Below are positions 1-8,843 of a DNA stretch of 64,000 nucleotides, piece after piece (position 1 is the stretch's first letter; every line of letters begins with the position of its first letter). Position numbers and translations under genes: made by a program. Origin of the DNA: a virus (taxonomy: Duplodnaviria; Caudoviricetes). The stretch lies in IMG/VR virus record IMGVR_UViG_3300020042_006673, positions 953 to 64,952 of that record; one strand, 5' to 3'. The notes under the pieces are model-generated. The model made no database searches. It worked only from the letters and a program-made list of their open reading frames with translations, and was not told where the DNA came from.

Positions 1-2
1 AT

Positions 3-209
3 TTCCTATGTAGGTCATATGACAGGACAGTCTGTACAGGACTCATTTGGCATGGCGATAATTGGCCTAAAGACACTAAAGAATCTGAGCTTGTTAATAA
101 GAATGCCGAGGAGGTTAAGAGAAGGATTATTGAGGAAGGGCTTACAGAGGGTTTCTCTGAAGTTGAAATTATGGGTGCAATATTGAGGTGGCCTGGAGTA
201 TTCAGGTAA
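3..209 (+). CDS. Partial hypothetical protein (5' end outside window)
   Basis: Frame 3 is open from the window edge to TAA at 207-209 (FLCRSYDRTV...RWPGVFR); not in the ORF track. Confidence 0.35.
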   Translation, partial: FLCRSYDRTVCTGLIWHGDNWPKDTKESELVNKNAEEVKRRIIEEGLTEGFSEVEIMGAILRWPGVFR

Positions 210-351
210 ATAAGAAGATCATAGTAAGATCTTAGTAAGATTCAGAACTATACACTAAAGGATGTCTTCCCTGTGGCTATTGGGTAGGACTTAGAAAGTA
301 ACTGACGATTTGCAAATCGTTGATTTTAGAATTCAGAAAAGGAACACACTA

Positions 352-993
352 ATGGCGAAAAACGTTGCATATATGATACCGCCGCCTGTCGTACCTGCTA
401 TCAAACTCTCACAGGAGACAAGTAAAGCACTCTTGGAAGATAAACCTCCTCCCGAGCCGATATTAGTAAAAGCTCCAGAAAAGATTCCCGTAATACTCGC
501 TGATGGTACTGAGACTGAAGTTGAAAAGTTGACTGAAGTAAAGCCATCATTCAGAAATGAATCATATACTGAGCGTTTTGATAGGCTTCAAGCTTGGCGT
601 AAGAGAGGATACGCCGATGGTGTAGTTGCAAAGCATTCTAAGATTGCTCACAAAAGGTTAGATGCTTTAGGTTTTGATCCCATTCAAAAGATGGTTGATC
701 TACATGATGAGATTGAGCTTGAGTTATTTGTGTTGACTCACAATCCAGATGGTACTCCAAAAAGCCGATTTTCTGCGCAAGCCCAAGCAGGTCTTATTGC
801 TACTAAACAAAAGATTACATCCGATCTTCTTCGTTATGGTTATTCTAGGGTTTCAGAGTCTAGTACTGTAGAACATCGATTGCCTCCTCCGATGAAGGTC
901 ACTCTTACAAACAAGGAGACCTGGTCTACAAGCAGTCGAGAGGTCGAGTCATATGACGAACATGGTAATTTAACTGATCCAGAGGATGAGTAA
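352..993 (+). CDS. Putative terminase small subunit
   Basis: Position two genes upstream of TerL; AAGGA RBS before ATG 352 (track starts at TTG 310); helical core GFDPIQKMVDLHDEIELEL. Assignment is mainly positional. Confidence 0.45.
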   Translation: MAKNVAYMIPPPVVPAIKLSQETSKALLEDKPPPEPILVKAPEKIPVILADGTETEVEKLTEVKPSFRNESYTERFDRLQAWRKRGYADGVVAKHSKIAHKRLDALGFDPIQKMVDLHDEIELELFVLTHNPDGTPKSRFSAQAQAGLIATKQKITSDLLRYGYSRVSESSTVEHRLPPPMKVTLTNKETWSTSSREVESYDEHGNLTDPEDE

Positions 994-1216
994 GTTTATG
1001 TCAAAGGTGTTTATTTGTGCCAACTCTAAAAATCAAGCTGACTTTGTGGCAAGAGAACGGGAGATTGATGAGTGGACTTATGTAGTTTACCCAGATCAAA
1101 TGCGAGGTCAGAAAGGTGGAACTTTTATTATTGTAGATAGGGCTTACAAAATAACAGATTCTGATTACTTAAAATATCAAGCTCAAATGCAGGGAATGGA
1201 CATTATTGAAATTTAA
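986..1216 (+). CDS. Hypothetical protein
   Basis: 76-aa ORF overlapping the upstream stop codon. Confidence 0.55.
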   Translation: MSKFMSKVFICANSKNQADFVAREREIDEWTYVVYPDQMRGQKGGTFIIVDRAYKITDSDYLKYQAQMQGMDIIEI

Positions 1217-1256
1217 TATGTCAAGACTTTTATTGACCTGCTAGGATTAAGAGTAT

Positions 1257-2627
1257 ATGTCAATTATATTAACTCCAGGTCAATCTGAAGTATTCAATGA
1301 TCTGTTTGTAGAAAAGAAATGTCTAAATGCTGTAGTTAGAGCAGCACGTGGCTGGGGTAAGAGTTTCTTTGCAGGAACTACCGCCGCTACTGCTATTATG
1401 GAACTGTTAGAACTACGAGCTAGTGTACCGAATAAGAATGTCTACATTATCGCTCCTACCTATGGCCAAGTAACCGATATTTATTATCCTCTGCTTGAGT
1501 ACCAACTTGGTATGGGTCAATATGCTATTGATAGCAGTAAAGACGCAGGTCGTTTTTGGTTTCCCAATAATGTTGAGCTTAGGTTGGTCTCTTATGAAGC
1601 CGTTGAAAGATTACGTGGTACAGGTGCGTACTTTATTGTTAACGATGAGGTTCGTGATTGGACTAAAGGTGGGGGCTTCAAGGATGCCTGGGAGGGTGTT
1701 CTACAGCCCGCCATTAAGACACGATGGGGTAAGAAGAGATCAGTAGCTAATGGCTCTAAATCTCCAGGTCGATCATTAACCATCTCGACTACTAAAGGTT
1801 ATGACTATCTTTATACATTAAATAATTTAGAAGAATCAGATCCTGAATGGAAGTCATACCACTTCGATTACACGTCATCCCCATTCCTTGATCCTGAAGA
1901 ATTATCTTCTATTAAGGATAAGGTAGATCCTTTAACTTGGAATCGCGAGTACCTAGCTCTATTCGAAGGTAGTGGTAACTCTGTGTTTTATTGCTTCGAT
2001 AGAAAAGCGCATGTAACGTCTGCATTGCCCGAGCTAGAAGATTGGGAAGATGTACACGTGGGCATTGACTTTAACGTCGGCTTACAATGTTCTTCCATGT
2101 TTGTCATTAGAGGTGGACAGGTACACTATTTAGACGAGTTTAAAGGGCATCCTGACACAGAGAATCTAGCTATTGCTATTAAAGGAAGGTACTGGCCTAA
2201 TTTCAATAACATAGGGCATCCTGACTATAAACAGAAAACCAGACGTATCTTTGTTTACCCAGATCCTACTGGTAAATCTAGAAAGACTTCTGCTACGGTT
2301 GGTACTACTGACTTGACAATTCTTGCCAGTCATGGTTTTACTGTATTAGCTAAAAACGCTTCCCCTAGTATTGTTGACAGTGTTGCATGCGTTAATAAAA
2401 AGCTTAAAACAGCATCTGGAAAAGTTGATATGTATTTTCACCCTCGTTGTGTAGGTACAATAGAGTCTATGGAACGTACTGTTTGGGTTGACAATAACTC
2501 AGATACGGCTACTATCGACAAGAAAGAGGGTGTAGAACATCATTCTGATTCCGTTAGGTATCCTATGGATTATTTATTTCCGATTCTTGTTGGTAAGAAA
2601 CGATCTTCTAAAGGATTTAATTTTTAA
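1257..2627 (+). CDS. terL: Terminase large subunit
   Basis: Walker A VRAARGWGKS, adenine-binding LTPGQ, Walker B FIVNDE, nuclease GIDFNVG and C-terminal EHHSDSVRY. Confidence 0.95.
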   Translation: MSIILTPGQSEVFNDLFVEKKCLNAVVRAARGWGKSFFAGTTAATAIMELLELRASVPNKNVYIIAPTYGQVTDIYYPLLEYQLGMGQYAIDSSKDAGRFWFPNNVELRLVSYEAVERLRGTGAYFIVNDEVRDWTKGGGFKDAWEGVLQPAIKTRWGKKRSVANGSKSPGRSLTISTTKGYDYLYTLNNLEESDPEWKSYHFDYTSSPFLDPEELSSIKDKVDPLTWNREYLALFEGSGNSVFYCFDRKAHVTSALPELEDWEDVHVGIDFNVGLQCSSMFVIRGGQVHYLDEFKGHPDTENLAIAIKGRYWPNFNNIGHPDYKQKTRRIFVYPDPTGKSRKTSATVGTTDLTILASHGFTVLAKNASPSIVDSVACVNKKLKTASGKVDMYFHPRCVGTIESMERTVWVDNNSDTATIDKKEGVEHHSDSVRYPMDYLFPILVGKKRSSKGFNF

Positions 2628-2992
2628 TGAAAATCTCTATTATTGTATTAGTCATAGTATGGTCAAGTTCTGTGTTAGGCGATCCTATAGATTACCGTCT
2701 ATGTGGGCCTCCTGTAAGGAATCTTGATGGTAGTATTAAGCGAAGTACTATTGTACTCAAGGATTTCAAAATACTTTATCGATGTCCCTATACAGGACTA
2801 AACGAAGGTCCATGTCCAGGTTGGGATATAGATCATGTTATACCCTTGGCATGTGGAGGTTGTGATTCTATATCTAATCTTCAGTGGCTTCCTCATGATT
2901 ACAAAATAAATGGTAAGGATAGGTGGGAAAGAAAGATTTATCACAATAAATCTTACAATGGGCCAACTTGTCAACCTGAAATAGTCGAATGA
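2627..2992 (+). CDS. HNH endonuclease with hydrophobic N-terminus
   Basis: CPGWDIDHVIPLACGGCDSISNLQWL HNH signature; signal-peptide-like MKISIIVLVIVWSSSVLG. Confidence 0.85.
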   Translation: MKISIIVLVIVWSSSVLGDPIDYRLCGPPVRNLDGSIKRSTIVLKDFKILYRCPYTGLNEGPCPGWDIDHVIPLACGGCDSISNLQWLPHDYKINGKDRWERKIYHNKSYNGPTCQPEIVE

Positions 2993-3291
2993 ATTGCCTT
3001 ACATATGCTTTAAAGAAATGGTCTACAGAAGGTGGTTATCTGCTTATACGAAGATCCCATTTCGGGCATATGCATAAGTTATCTAGATGGCATCCTTTAT
3101 ATTGGTCTCCTCATTTTCTACACGTAAGTAAGTATGGACATATTACTCAATTCGTGCCATCTATAAATCAACTTCGTATTGACTTTAAGCGAGGGCCAAT
3201 CCTATCTTACCTTACCATATGGAGTTTTGAAGGGTGCATCGTGAAAGGCGATAATGAAGAAATACTTTTGGAATATATTAATATCAATTGA
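2989..3291 (+). CDS. Hypothetical protein
   Basis: ATGA-coupled ORF, 100 aa. Confidence 0.55.
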   Translation: MNCLTYALKKWSTEGGYLLIRRSHFGHMHKLSRWHPLYWSPHFLHVSKYGHITQFVPSINQLRIDFKRGPILSYLTIWSFEGCIVKGDNEEILLEYININ

Positions 3292-3463
3292 TCAAGTAAT
3301 TAATACCATCCTTGGTGGTGACCCTGACGAGACTATTTCATCTCGCATGGGAAAGTATGCTGAAAGAGGTCGGGGATGGTTCCCAAAAACCATTTGTAAA
3401 TTGTTACATTTAATCGACAACAATCATTGCCAGAATTCCATCGAAAGGGATGAAGGTAAGTAA
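3254..3463 (+). CDS. Small phage protein (IDQxxNxxxGGDPDETISSR type)
   Basis: ISIDQVINTILGGDPDETISSRMGK motif that I recognise as recurrent in small phage proteins. Confidence 0.65.
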   Translation: MKKYFWNILISIDQVINTILGGDPDETISSRMGKYAERGRGWFPKTICKLLHLIDNNHCQNSIERDEGK

Positions 3464-3487
3464 TTCAACTTAGAATAAGGAAAGTAA

Positions 3488-3886
3488 ATGTCTTTTTATG
3501 CTCATGCTGATGTACTTGACAATGGTCCTAAGTACATCAAAGATAACTGTAATAAAGTAATTCTTATTAGTGCATACTCTGCAGTTTACGCCACTGTTAA
3601 CGGCGCTAATAAGGTTGCCGAAGCCGCCCTTATAACTGGCGATTTTGCTATCGCAGGTGCCGATGCGGCTGCTCGTGTACTAACGGCAACCCTAACAGGT
3701 AAGAGTGGCGGCAATGCCCTGCAAACCGTAAACCCTGGGACTGGTATGCATGTCGCTTTCGTTGACACGGTTAACAGTAAAGTTCTATATGTGACTGAAG
3801 AGTCTTCCGATCAGGCCGTAACGTCAGGCAACCCTGTACAGTTTAACAGTAACCCTACGTATACTAGCGGTCAACCTACGGCTTAA
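3488..3886 (+). CDS. Putative virion structural protein
   Basis: Strong RBS; Ala/Gly/Thr-rich, beta-rich composition; starts MSFYAHADVLDNG. Confidence 0.6.
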   Translation: MSFYAHADVLDNGPKYIKDNCNKVILISAYSAVYATVNGANKVAEAALITGDFAIAGADAAARVLTATLTGKSGGNALQTVNPGTGMHVAFVDTVNSKVLYVTEESSDQAVTSGNPVQFNSNPTYTSGQPTA

Positions 3887-3911
3887 CAATAAACTGGAAA
3901 AGGATTAAATC

Positions 3912-4199
3912 ATGGCCCTCGTACTGCAGCACCAAACGCGGGATCAATTCCTGTTACGCTTTTGGAAAAAAGCCAAAGCCGCTTTCGATGCCGGCGACAA
4001 AGCCACGTATCACTATTTGATCTGGTGGGTTTGGGATAAGGTGCAAACCGGTGACGTGACCGTGCTGCAAGTGCGAACTGCGTACAACACAGCTTTAAGC
4101 AAAACCCTAAACGCTACGCAATTCACGAACTTGGTGAACACGCGATTTGTCCCGATCAAAGATCGTTACCTGTTAATGTTGGAGGAAACCGAAGTATGA
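3912..4199 (+). CDS. Hypothetical protein (GC-richer cassette)
   Basis: AAGGA RBS, 95 aa. Confidence 0.6.
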   Translation: MALVLQHQTRDQFLLRFWKKAKAAFDAGDKATYHYLIWWVWDKVQTGDVTVLQVRTAYNTALSKTLNATQFTNLVNTRFVPIKDRYLLMLEETEV

Positions 4200-4408
4200 G
4201 CATAGTCACCAGTCAAATCACTAGACAGCGCAACGATGGCGGCGTGTTATTCGTCGAGGAGACGCATATCGACGATCTGGGCAAGGTACATATTCTTCGG
4301 CGGCGTGTACCAGTGGACTATGCCAACTTAGCCACGGATATGGTAACTCACGCCGCTGAGATGAATATTGCCTTGGCAGAGGCCGAAGCACAAGAGGTGC
4401 TCGCATGA
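4196..4408 (+). CDS. Hypothetical protein
   Basis: ATGA-coupled on both sides, 70 aa. Confidence 0.55.
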   Translation: MSIVTSQITRQRNDGGVLFVEETHIDDLGKVHILRRRVPVDYANLATDMVTHAAEMNIALAEAEAQEVLA

Positions 4409-5727
4409 CAATTTATTATGTGCGCCCGACAATCGGCTCAGATGCAAACGGTGGTACAAGTTGGGCCTCCGATTCGTGGGCTACGCTCAAGAAAGCTACG
4501 GATACCGTAACTGCTGGCGATCACACTATTATCATGGACAACGCCAATGCTGACGTGATAACAGCAAACCCAACGACTTACACGATTGCTGCTGGTGTAA
4601 AGATCATGTCCTCCAATAACGGCGCAGCGTATGCAACTGGGGCAACGGTTAGCTCGGTAACGGCTGGGCTAGACATAAATATCGCAGGCACATGTTACAT
4701 TTTCGGACTTAGCTTCAAACCCGGAACAACGCTCGGTGCAAATTTAGCCCTGGCATCTAGTGATAACTCGGTTCAATATTTTGAGGATTGCACCTTCCAG
4801 TTAACATCAAATTCGACAAGTAATATTTACACAGGAACGAATTCTGTTCGAGGCAATTGCATTGTTCGCACTAGAAATTGCACGTGGTTATTTGGAACTA
4901 CAGGTAGCAATATCGCGTTAGGTTCTACTCTGGAATCTATTGGGGATTCTTTTGCGCCAACTGGTTCAGTTCCGACCACGCTTTTTAGCGATGGTAGTTA
5001 TGCGAACAGGCTTGATATAACTGGCGCAAACCTTAGCACCATTAGCGGAACTTTATGCTATGGCTTTGGCACGATGCCTCTACAAATACGCATATCAAAC
5101 AGCTTACTCCACGCCTCAGTAACACCATTAGGTAGCATAACAAATCTTGGCGGTACGGAGATTTTTATCAACGATTGCAGTTATATGAACGGCGCAACGC
5201 TGACCGGGATATTGTTTTACCACGAGGACTATCTAGGTAGCACCACGATCAGTACCGCGATTTACAACAGCACCAGCGGACTGACGATTGACGGAACAAC
5301 CAAAGTAAGTTGGGTGGTGGATGGCAAGACGACTGCTAGTTACTCGCAACCTTACCAGTCTCCCTGGATTGAACAATACAACAGCGGCGTGGCACCGGTT
5401 ACGCCACGGCTGGAAGTGATTCGTGACGGTAGTACAACTGCTTATACCGATGAGCAGGTATGGGCGGAGTTCGCATTCAGGGGAACGCCTGACAGCCCGA
5501 AATTAACATTGAATGTATCCGACCGGCGCGGCCCGTTATCGAGCGCGGCAAATCAGGGAACGAGCGCTCTAACTACATCCGATTGGGTAGGGGATACCAC
5601 AGCTTGGTTCGGTAAACTGGAGCCATCCGGCACGATCACACCCGCCGAAGTCGGATATATGCGAGCGAGAGTCTGTGTTGCCGGTGACTACACCGTGCAC
5701 GTTGATCCGCAGATATTGGGGGTGTGA
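4405..5727 (+). CDS. Putative fibre/spike protein, parallel beta-helix-like
   Basis: N-terminal TIYYVRPTIGSDANGGTSWASDSWATLKKA is typical of beta-helix virion appendage proteins; Thr/Ser/Gly/Asn-rich. Confidence 0.6.
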   Translation: MTIYYVRPTIGSDANGGTSWASDSWATLKKATDTVTAGDHTIIMDNANADVITANPTTYTIAAGVKIMSSNNGAAYATGATVSSVTAGLDINIAGTCYIFGLSFKPGTTLGANLALASSDNSVQYFEDCTFQLTSNSTSNIYTGTNSVRGNCIVRTRNCTWLFGTTGSNIALGSTLESIGDSFAPTGSVPTTLFSDGSYANRLDITGANLSTISGTLCYGFGTMPLQIRISNSLLHASVTPLGSITNLGGTEIFINDCSYMNGATLTGILFYHEDYLGSTTISTAIYNSTSGLTIDGTTKVSWVVDGKTTASYSQPYQSPWIEQYNSGVAPVTPRLEVIRDGSTTAYTDEQVWAEFAFRGTPDSPKLTLNVSDRRGPLSSAANQGTSALTTSDWVGDTTAWFGKLEPSGTITPAEVGYMRARVCVAGDYTVHVDPQILGV

Positions 5728-6755
5728 TGGCGAGCCGTAATCGTCCTGCGGGAAGTTCCTGGGTAGTCGAGACCGGTACGAGGAATAGAGCGGTTGGCAC
5801 AGGTTGGGTACGTGAGATAGTAAGTGTGGGACAGCAGACTCATTCGGTAGCGACCACGAGTCTTACGCAAACTAATACGGTCACGTCGTGTGTAGTCCAA
5901 CAGACACATGTACTGTCCCTAGCAAGTGCTACTCAAGCTAATCAAGCATCTGCCGGTTCTATCACGAATTCAGTACTCTTGGTAACTTCCGATGTTTCAC
6001 AGACAAATGCAGTATCAAGTGCAGTTATACAACAAACTGCACAGATATCTGTAGCTCATGTATCGCAAGCTAACCAGAATACTTCTTGTGCTATAAAACA
6101 GACACATTTAGCAGGAGTAACATCCGCTACTCAAAGTAACCAAGTCTCATCAGGTTCGGTATCTGTTAATAGTGCATTTTATGTAAGTATTGCTAATGCA
6201 ACACAAATCGGACAAGTGTCATCGGCAGGTATACAACAAACTGCTTTATTGACGCCAACAAACAGCTTACAAGCTAATACAAGTGTAGCATCGGCAATTA
6301 GCCAGACTTGTTTGTTATCGGCTGCTAACTCTAGTAATGCAATACAAGTATCTAGGGCTGCGGTCGGTTCTTCTACGATGTTTGTGGTAGCAAACGCTAA
6401 TCAGCTGAACATTGGAAGCTATGCAGCTGTTAAACAGATACATAACATAGGTGTTAGAAGTCTAGCTGTAGCCAACCATCTGACTGGCCCTGCTATTAAC
6501 CAGACTCACTTACTTGCAGGTTTAAACGTAAGGGTGTTGAATCAGGTGTTGCCAGTTTCTTGGGCATATCAGGCCTCTTTGTCAAGCACTGATTTGTTAG
6601 CCATAGCAGCAGCCGTTAGATTAGAGTTAGCGCCTGAGCTTGCATTAATCCTATCGACTCTGGCTGGTGGTATTGCTAAATCGAATGTTAAATATGTAAA
6701 CGATGTCCAAGTCTCTGGTACAGGTTCTCCTGGCAATGAGTGGGGACCTTCATAA
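5727..6755 (+). CDS. Repeat-rich putative virion fibre/decoration protein
   Basis: About 22-aa QTxxL...QxN repeats; C-terminal VNDVQVSGTGSPGNEWGPS. Confidence 0.6.
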   Translation: MASRNRPAGSSWVVETGTRNRAVGTGWVREIVSVGQQTHSVATTSLTQTNTVTSCVVQQTHVLSLASATQANQASAGSITNSVLLVTSDVSQTNAVSSAVIQQTAQISVAHVSQANQNTSCAIKQTHLAGVTSATQSNQVSSGSVSVNSAFYVSIANATQIGQVSSAGIQQTALLTPTNSLQANTSVASAISQTCLLSAANSSNAIQVSRAAVGSSTMFVVANANQLNIGSYAAVKQIHNIGVRSLAVANHLTGPAINQTHLLAGLNVRVLNQVLPVSWAYQASLSSTDLLAIAAAVRLELAPELALILSTLAGGIAKSNVKYVNDVQVSGTGSPGNEWGPS

Positions 6756-6895
6756 TGAGCAGATGGGGTTCTTCATGGGGAGCCTCCTGGAAAAATTCCT
6801 GGGGCGCTCTAGTTGCAGAAATATTAGGGAAAAGACTAGCTGCTAAAATGCCAGCTAGATTCATTAGTTTTAATAGATTTAAATTAAGGAAATAA
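6755..6895 (+). CDS. Small Trp-repeat protein (46 aa)
   Basis: TAATG-coupled; MSRWGSSWGASWKNSWGA...; below the ORF-track cutoff, translated by hand. Confidence 0.55.
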   Translation: MSRWGSSWGASWKNSWGALVAEILGKRLAAKMPARFISFNRFKLRK

Positions 6896-6896
6896 A

Positions 6897-7235
6897 ATGA
6901 TTAATGCACCACAAAAACCTAGCTCTACTGAATCAACTAGAACGCTACCTATCGAGAGTACTGCTGAATTAATTACTTCTAATACTGAAGCTACCGAAGC
7001 TGTTGTAGCTACCGAAGCTGTTGTAGCTACCGAAGCTGTTGTAGCTACCGAAGCTGTTAAAGTGACTGTTGCTTCTGTTGCAAATACGAATGGGTATAGT
7101 CATCCTGCTAATTTTGTACCAGCAAATTGGGATATTGTACCACATCCATTGGGCATCGAAGCAACCAATACGCTAGCACAAAGCAGCTTTATTGGGAGCA
7201 TGTCGGATTTTAATGAAATGCTTAGAGGTAAATAA
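6897..7235 (+). CDS. Hypothetical protein with ATEAVV repeats
   Basis: AAGGA RBS, directly upstream of portal. Confidence 0.65.
   Translation: MINAPQKPSSTESTRTLPIESTAELITSNTEATEAVVATEAVVATEAVVATEAVKVTVASVANTNGYSHPANFVPANWDIVPHPLGIEATNTLAQSSFIGSMSDFNEMLRGK
6990..7058 (+). repeat. 18-bp tandem repeat, about 3.8 copies
   Basis: GCTACCGAAGCTGTTGTA at 6990, 7008 and 7026, partial at 7044. Confidence 0.95.
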
Positions 7236-8806
7236 TGTCTGTACAAAATGCTGTCCAACCTGAGAAGACTGTATCAGATCCAACAGCTTCCTATGAGTCT
7301 ATCAAACCTTTATGGGATAGAAGTAGAGCTGTCTGTAGTGGAGAGCGTTTTGTTAAGGATTATGATAATACGCTTGATACTCTGCACTTCTCGAATCTTC
7401 TGATTCCTTTTTCTCCAACTATGACATCTTCTCAGTATGAGTTTTATAAAGCTGAAGCTGAGTTACCGGGAATATCTGCACAATTCGGTAAGATGCTTGT
7501 TGGTGGATTGCTTAGAAAGAAACCTATTTTGAAGTTACCAGAAAGTGTCCCTAAAGACGGACTTAACTGGATAATGAATAACTTTGGTCAAGATGATGCA
7601 TCTCTCGCTGCCTTCTTAGATACTGCTCTTTGGGAAGAAATTCAAACAAGTAGAGCTTGGATCTACGTAGATTACCCTCGTGTACTTAATGCTGAACAGC
7701 TAACCCCAGAAGAGACTGAAGGACTGAAGCCGTATCCGATACTATGGCCTGCAGAAAATGTTATTAATTGGCGTACTAAGCTTAATTCAAAAGGTCAACG
7801 GGTCTTATCACAAATAGTAGTTAGGATATATGAAGAGTCATTCGCTAGGAATGAGTTTCATCCCGATCTTGTCGATACTGTTTATGTGCACGAGCTTGAC
7901 AATAATGAGCAATATCAGATTCGTAAATATCAAAAGGAAGTGCTTGAAGTTGCAATTCCAGTAATCAATGGTAAGAAGCAATCCAATACGAAAACTAATA
8001 AAGAGGTCTTCGTATTAAAAGAGACCAACACAAACATTCTAATGAATGGTGAACGCCTGTCAATTATCCCTGCTTGGCCTCTAAATGGTTCGATTGAAGT
8101 TATTGAACCGATGCTTACGCCAATCATTGACCGCGAGATTGCTCTTTACAATAAGATCAGTAGACGTAATCATCTGTTGTATGGTGCTTCTACTTATACT
8201 CCAGTTATTACATCTGACATGTCTGACGAAGACTTCGATGATATTGTGTCTGCAGGTCTTGGATCCTGGTTGCGATTAAAACAAGGTGACACGGCTACTG
8301 TTCTAGAAACCCCTACTGGCGCTTTGGCTGATATGGATCGAGCTATTGCTAGTACAGTAGAAGATATGGCTAAACTTGGTATTAGGATGTTGAGCCCTGA
8401 GACTGCACAATCAGGCGTAGCCTTAGATCTAAGGAACGCAGCACAGACAGCTCAACTAGGAACTTTTAATGTAAAGACCAGTAGTACGATGGCCGATGTC
8501 ATTGCTTTCATGCTGAAATGGCGGTATGATCTTGACATTAAGCCGGCTGATATTACATTTAGCTTAAGCGCTGACTTTAATCCGTCTCCTCTAGGCGAGA
8601 ACTGGTTAAGACTTATCACTGAATGGTATGAAGGTGGGCTTATTCCACGTTCTATTTGGATTGATATTCTAAAACACAATGATATTGTTCCTCCTGAGTA
8701 TAATGACGAGGTTGGTAGACAGGAAATTACTGAGAACGCATCGGAGACGATTGCTTCTAAAAATTTAGACTTTAAGAAGAACCTGGATTTAGAATCTAAT
8801 AACTAG
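7235..8806 (+). CDS. Portal protein (DUF4055-like)
   Basis: 523 aa between TerL region and MuF gene; motifs WDRSRAVCSGE, PYPILWPAENVINW, GLIPRSIWIDILK. Confidence 0.85.
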   Translation: MSVQNAVQPEKTVSDPTASYESIKPLWDRSRAVCSGERFVKDYDNTLDTLHFSNLLIPFSPTMTSSQYEFYKAEAELPGISAQFGKMLVGGLLRKKPILKLPESVPKDGLNWIMNNFGQDDASLAAFLDTALWEEIQTSRAWIYVDYPRVLNAEQLTPEETEGLKPYPILWPAENVINWRTKLNSKGQRVLSQIVVRIYEESFARNEFHPDLVDTVYVHELDNNEQYQIRKYQKEVLEVAIPVINGKKQSNTKTNKEVFVLKETNTNILMNGERLSIIPAWPLNGSIEVIEPMLTPIIDREIALYNKISRRNHLLYGASTYTPVITSDMSDEDFDDIVSAGLGSWLRLKQGDTATVLETPTGALADMDRAIASTVEDMAKLGIRMLSPETAQSGVALDLRNAAQTAQLGTFNVKTSSTMADVIAFMLKWRYDLDIKPADITFSLSADFNPSPLGENWLRLITEWYEGGLIPRSIWIDILKHNDIVPPEYNDEVGRQEITENASETIASKNLDFKKNLDLESNN

Positions 8807-8843
8807 TGCAGGTATAAGCTCACCACCATTATGGAAGATATTT

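Noticed and set aside
245-263. GAACTATACACTAAAGGAT resembling a T3 promoter upstream of the terminase genes (also GTTAACCCTACTAC near 32917)
   Set aside because: Single, mutually dissimilar occurrences; not enough to call, though worth including in a motif search
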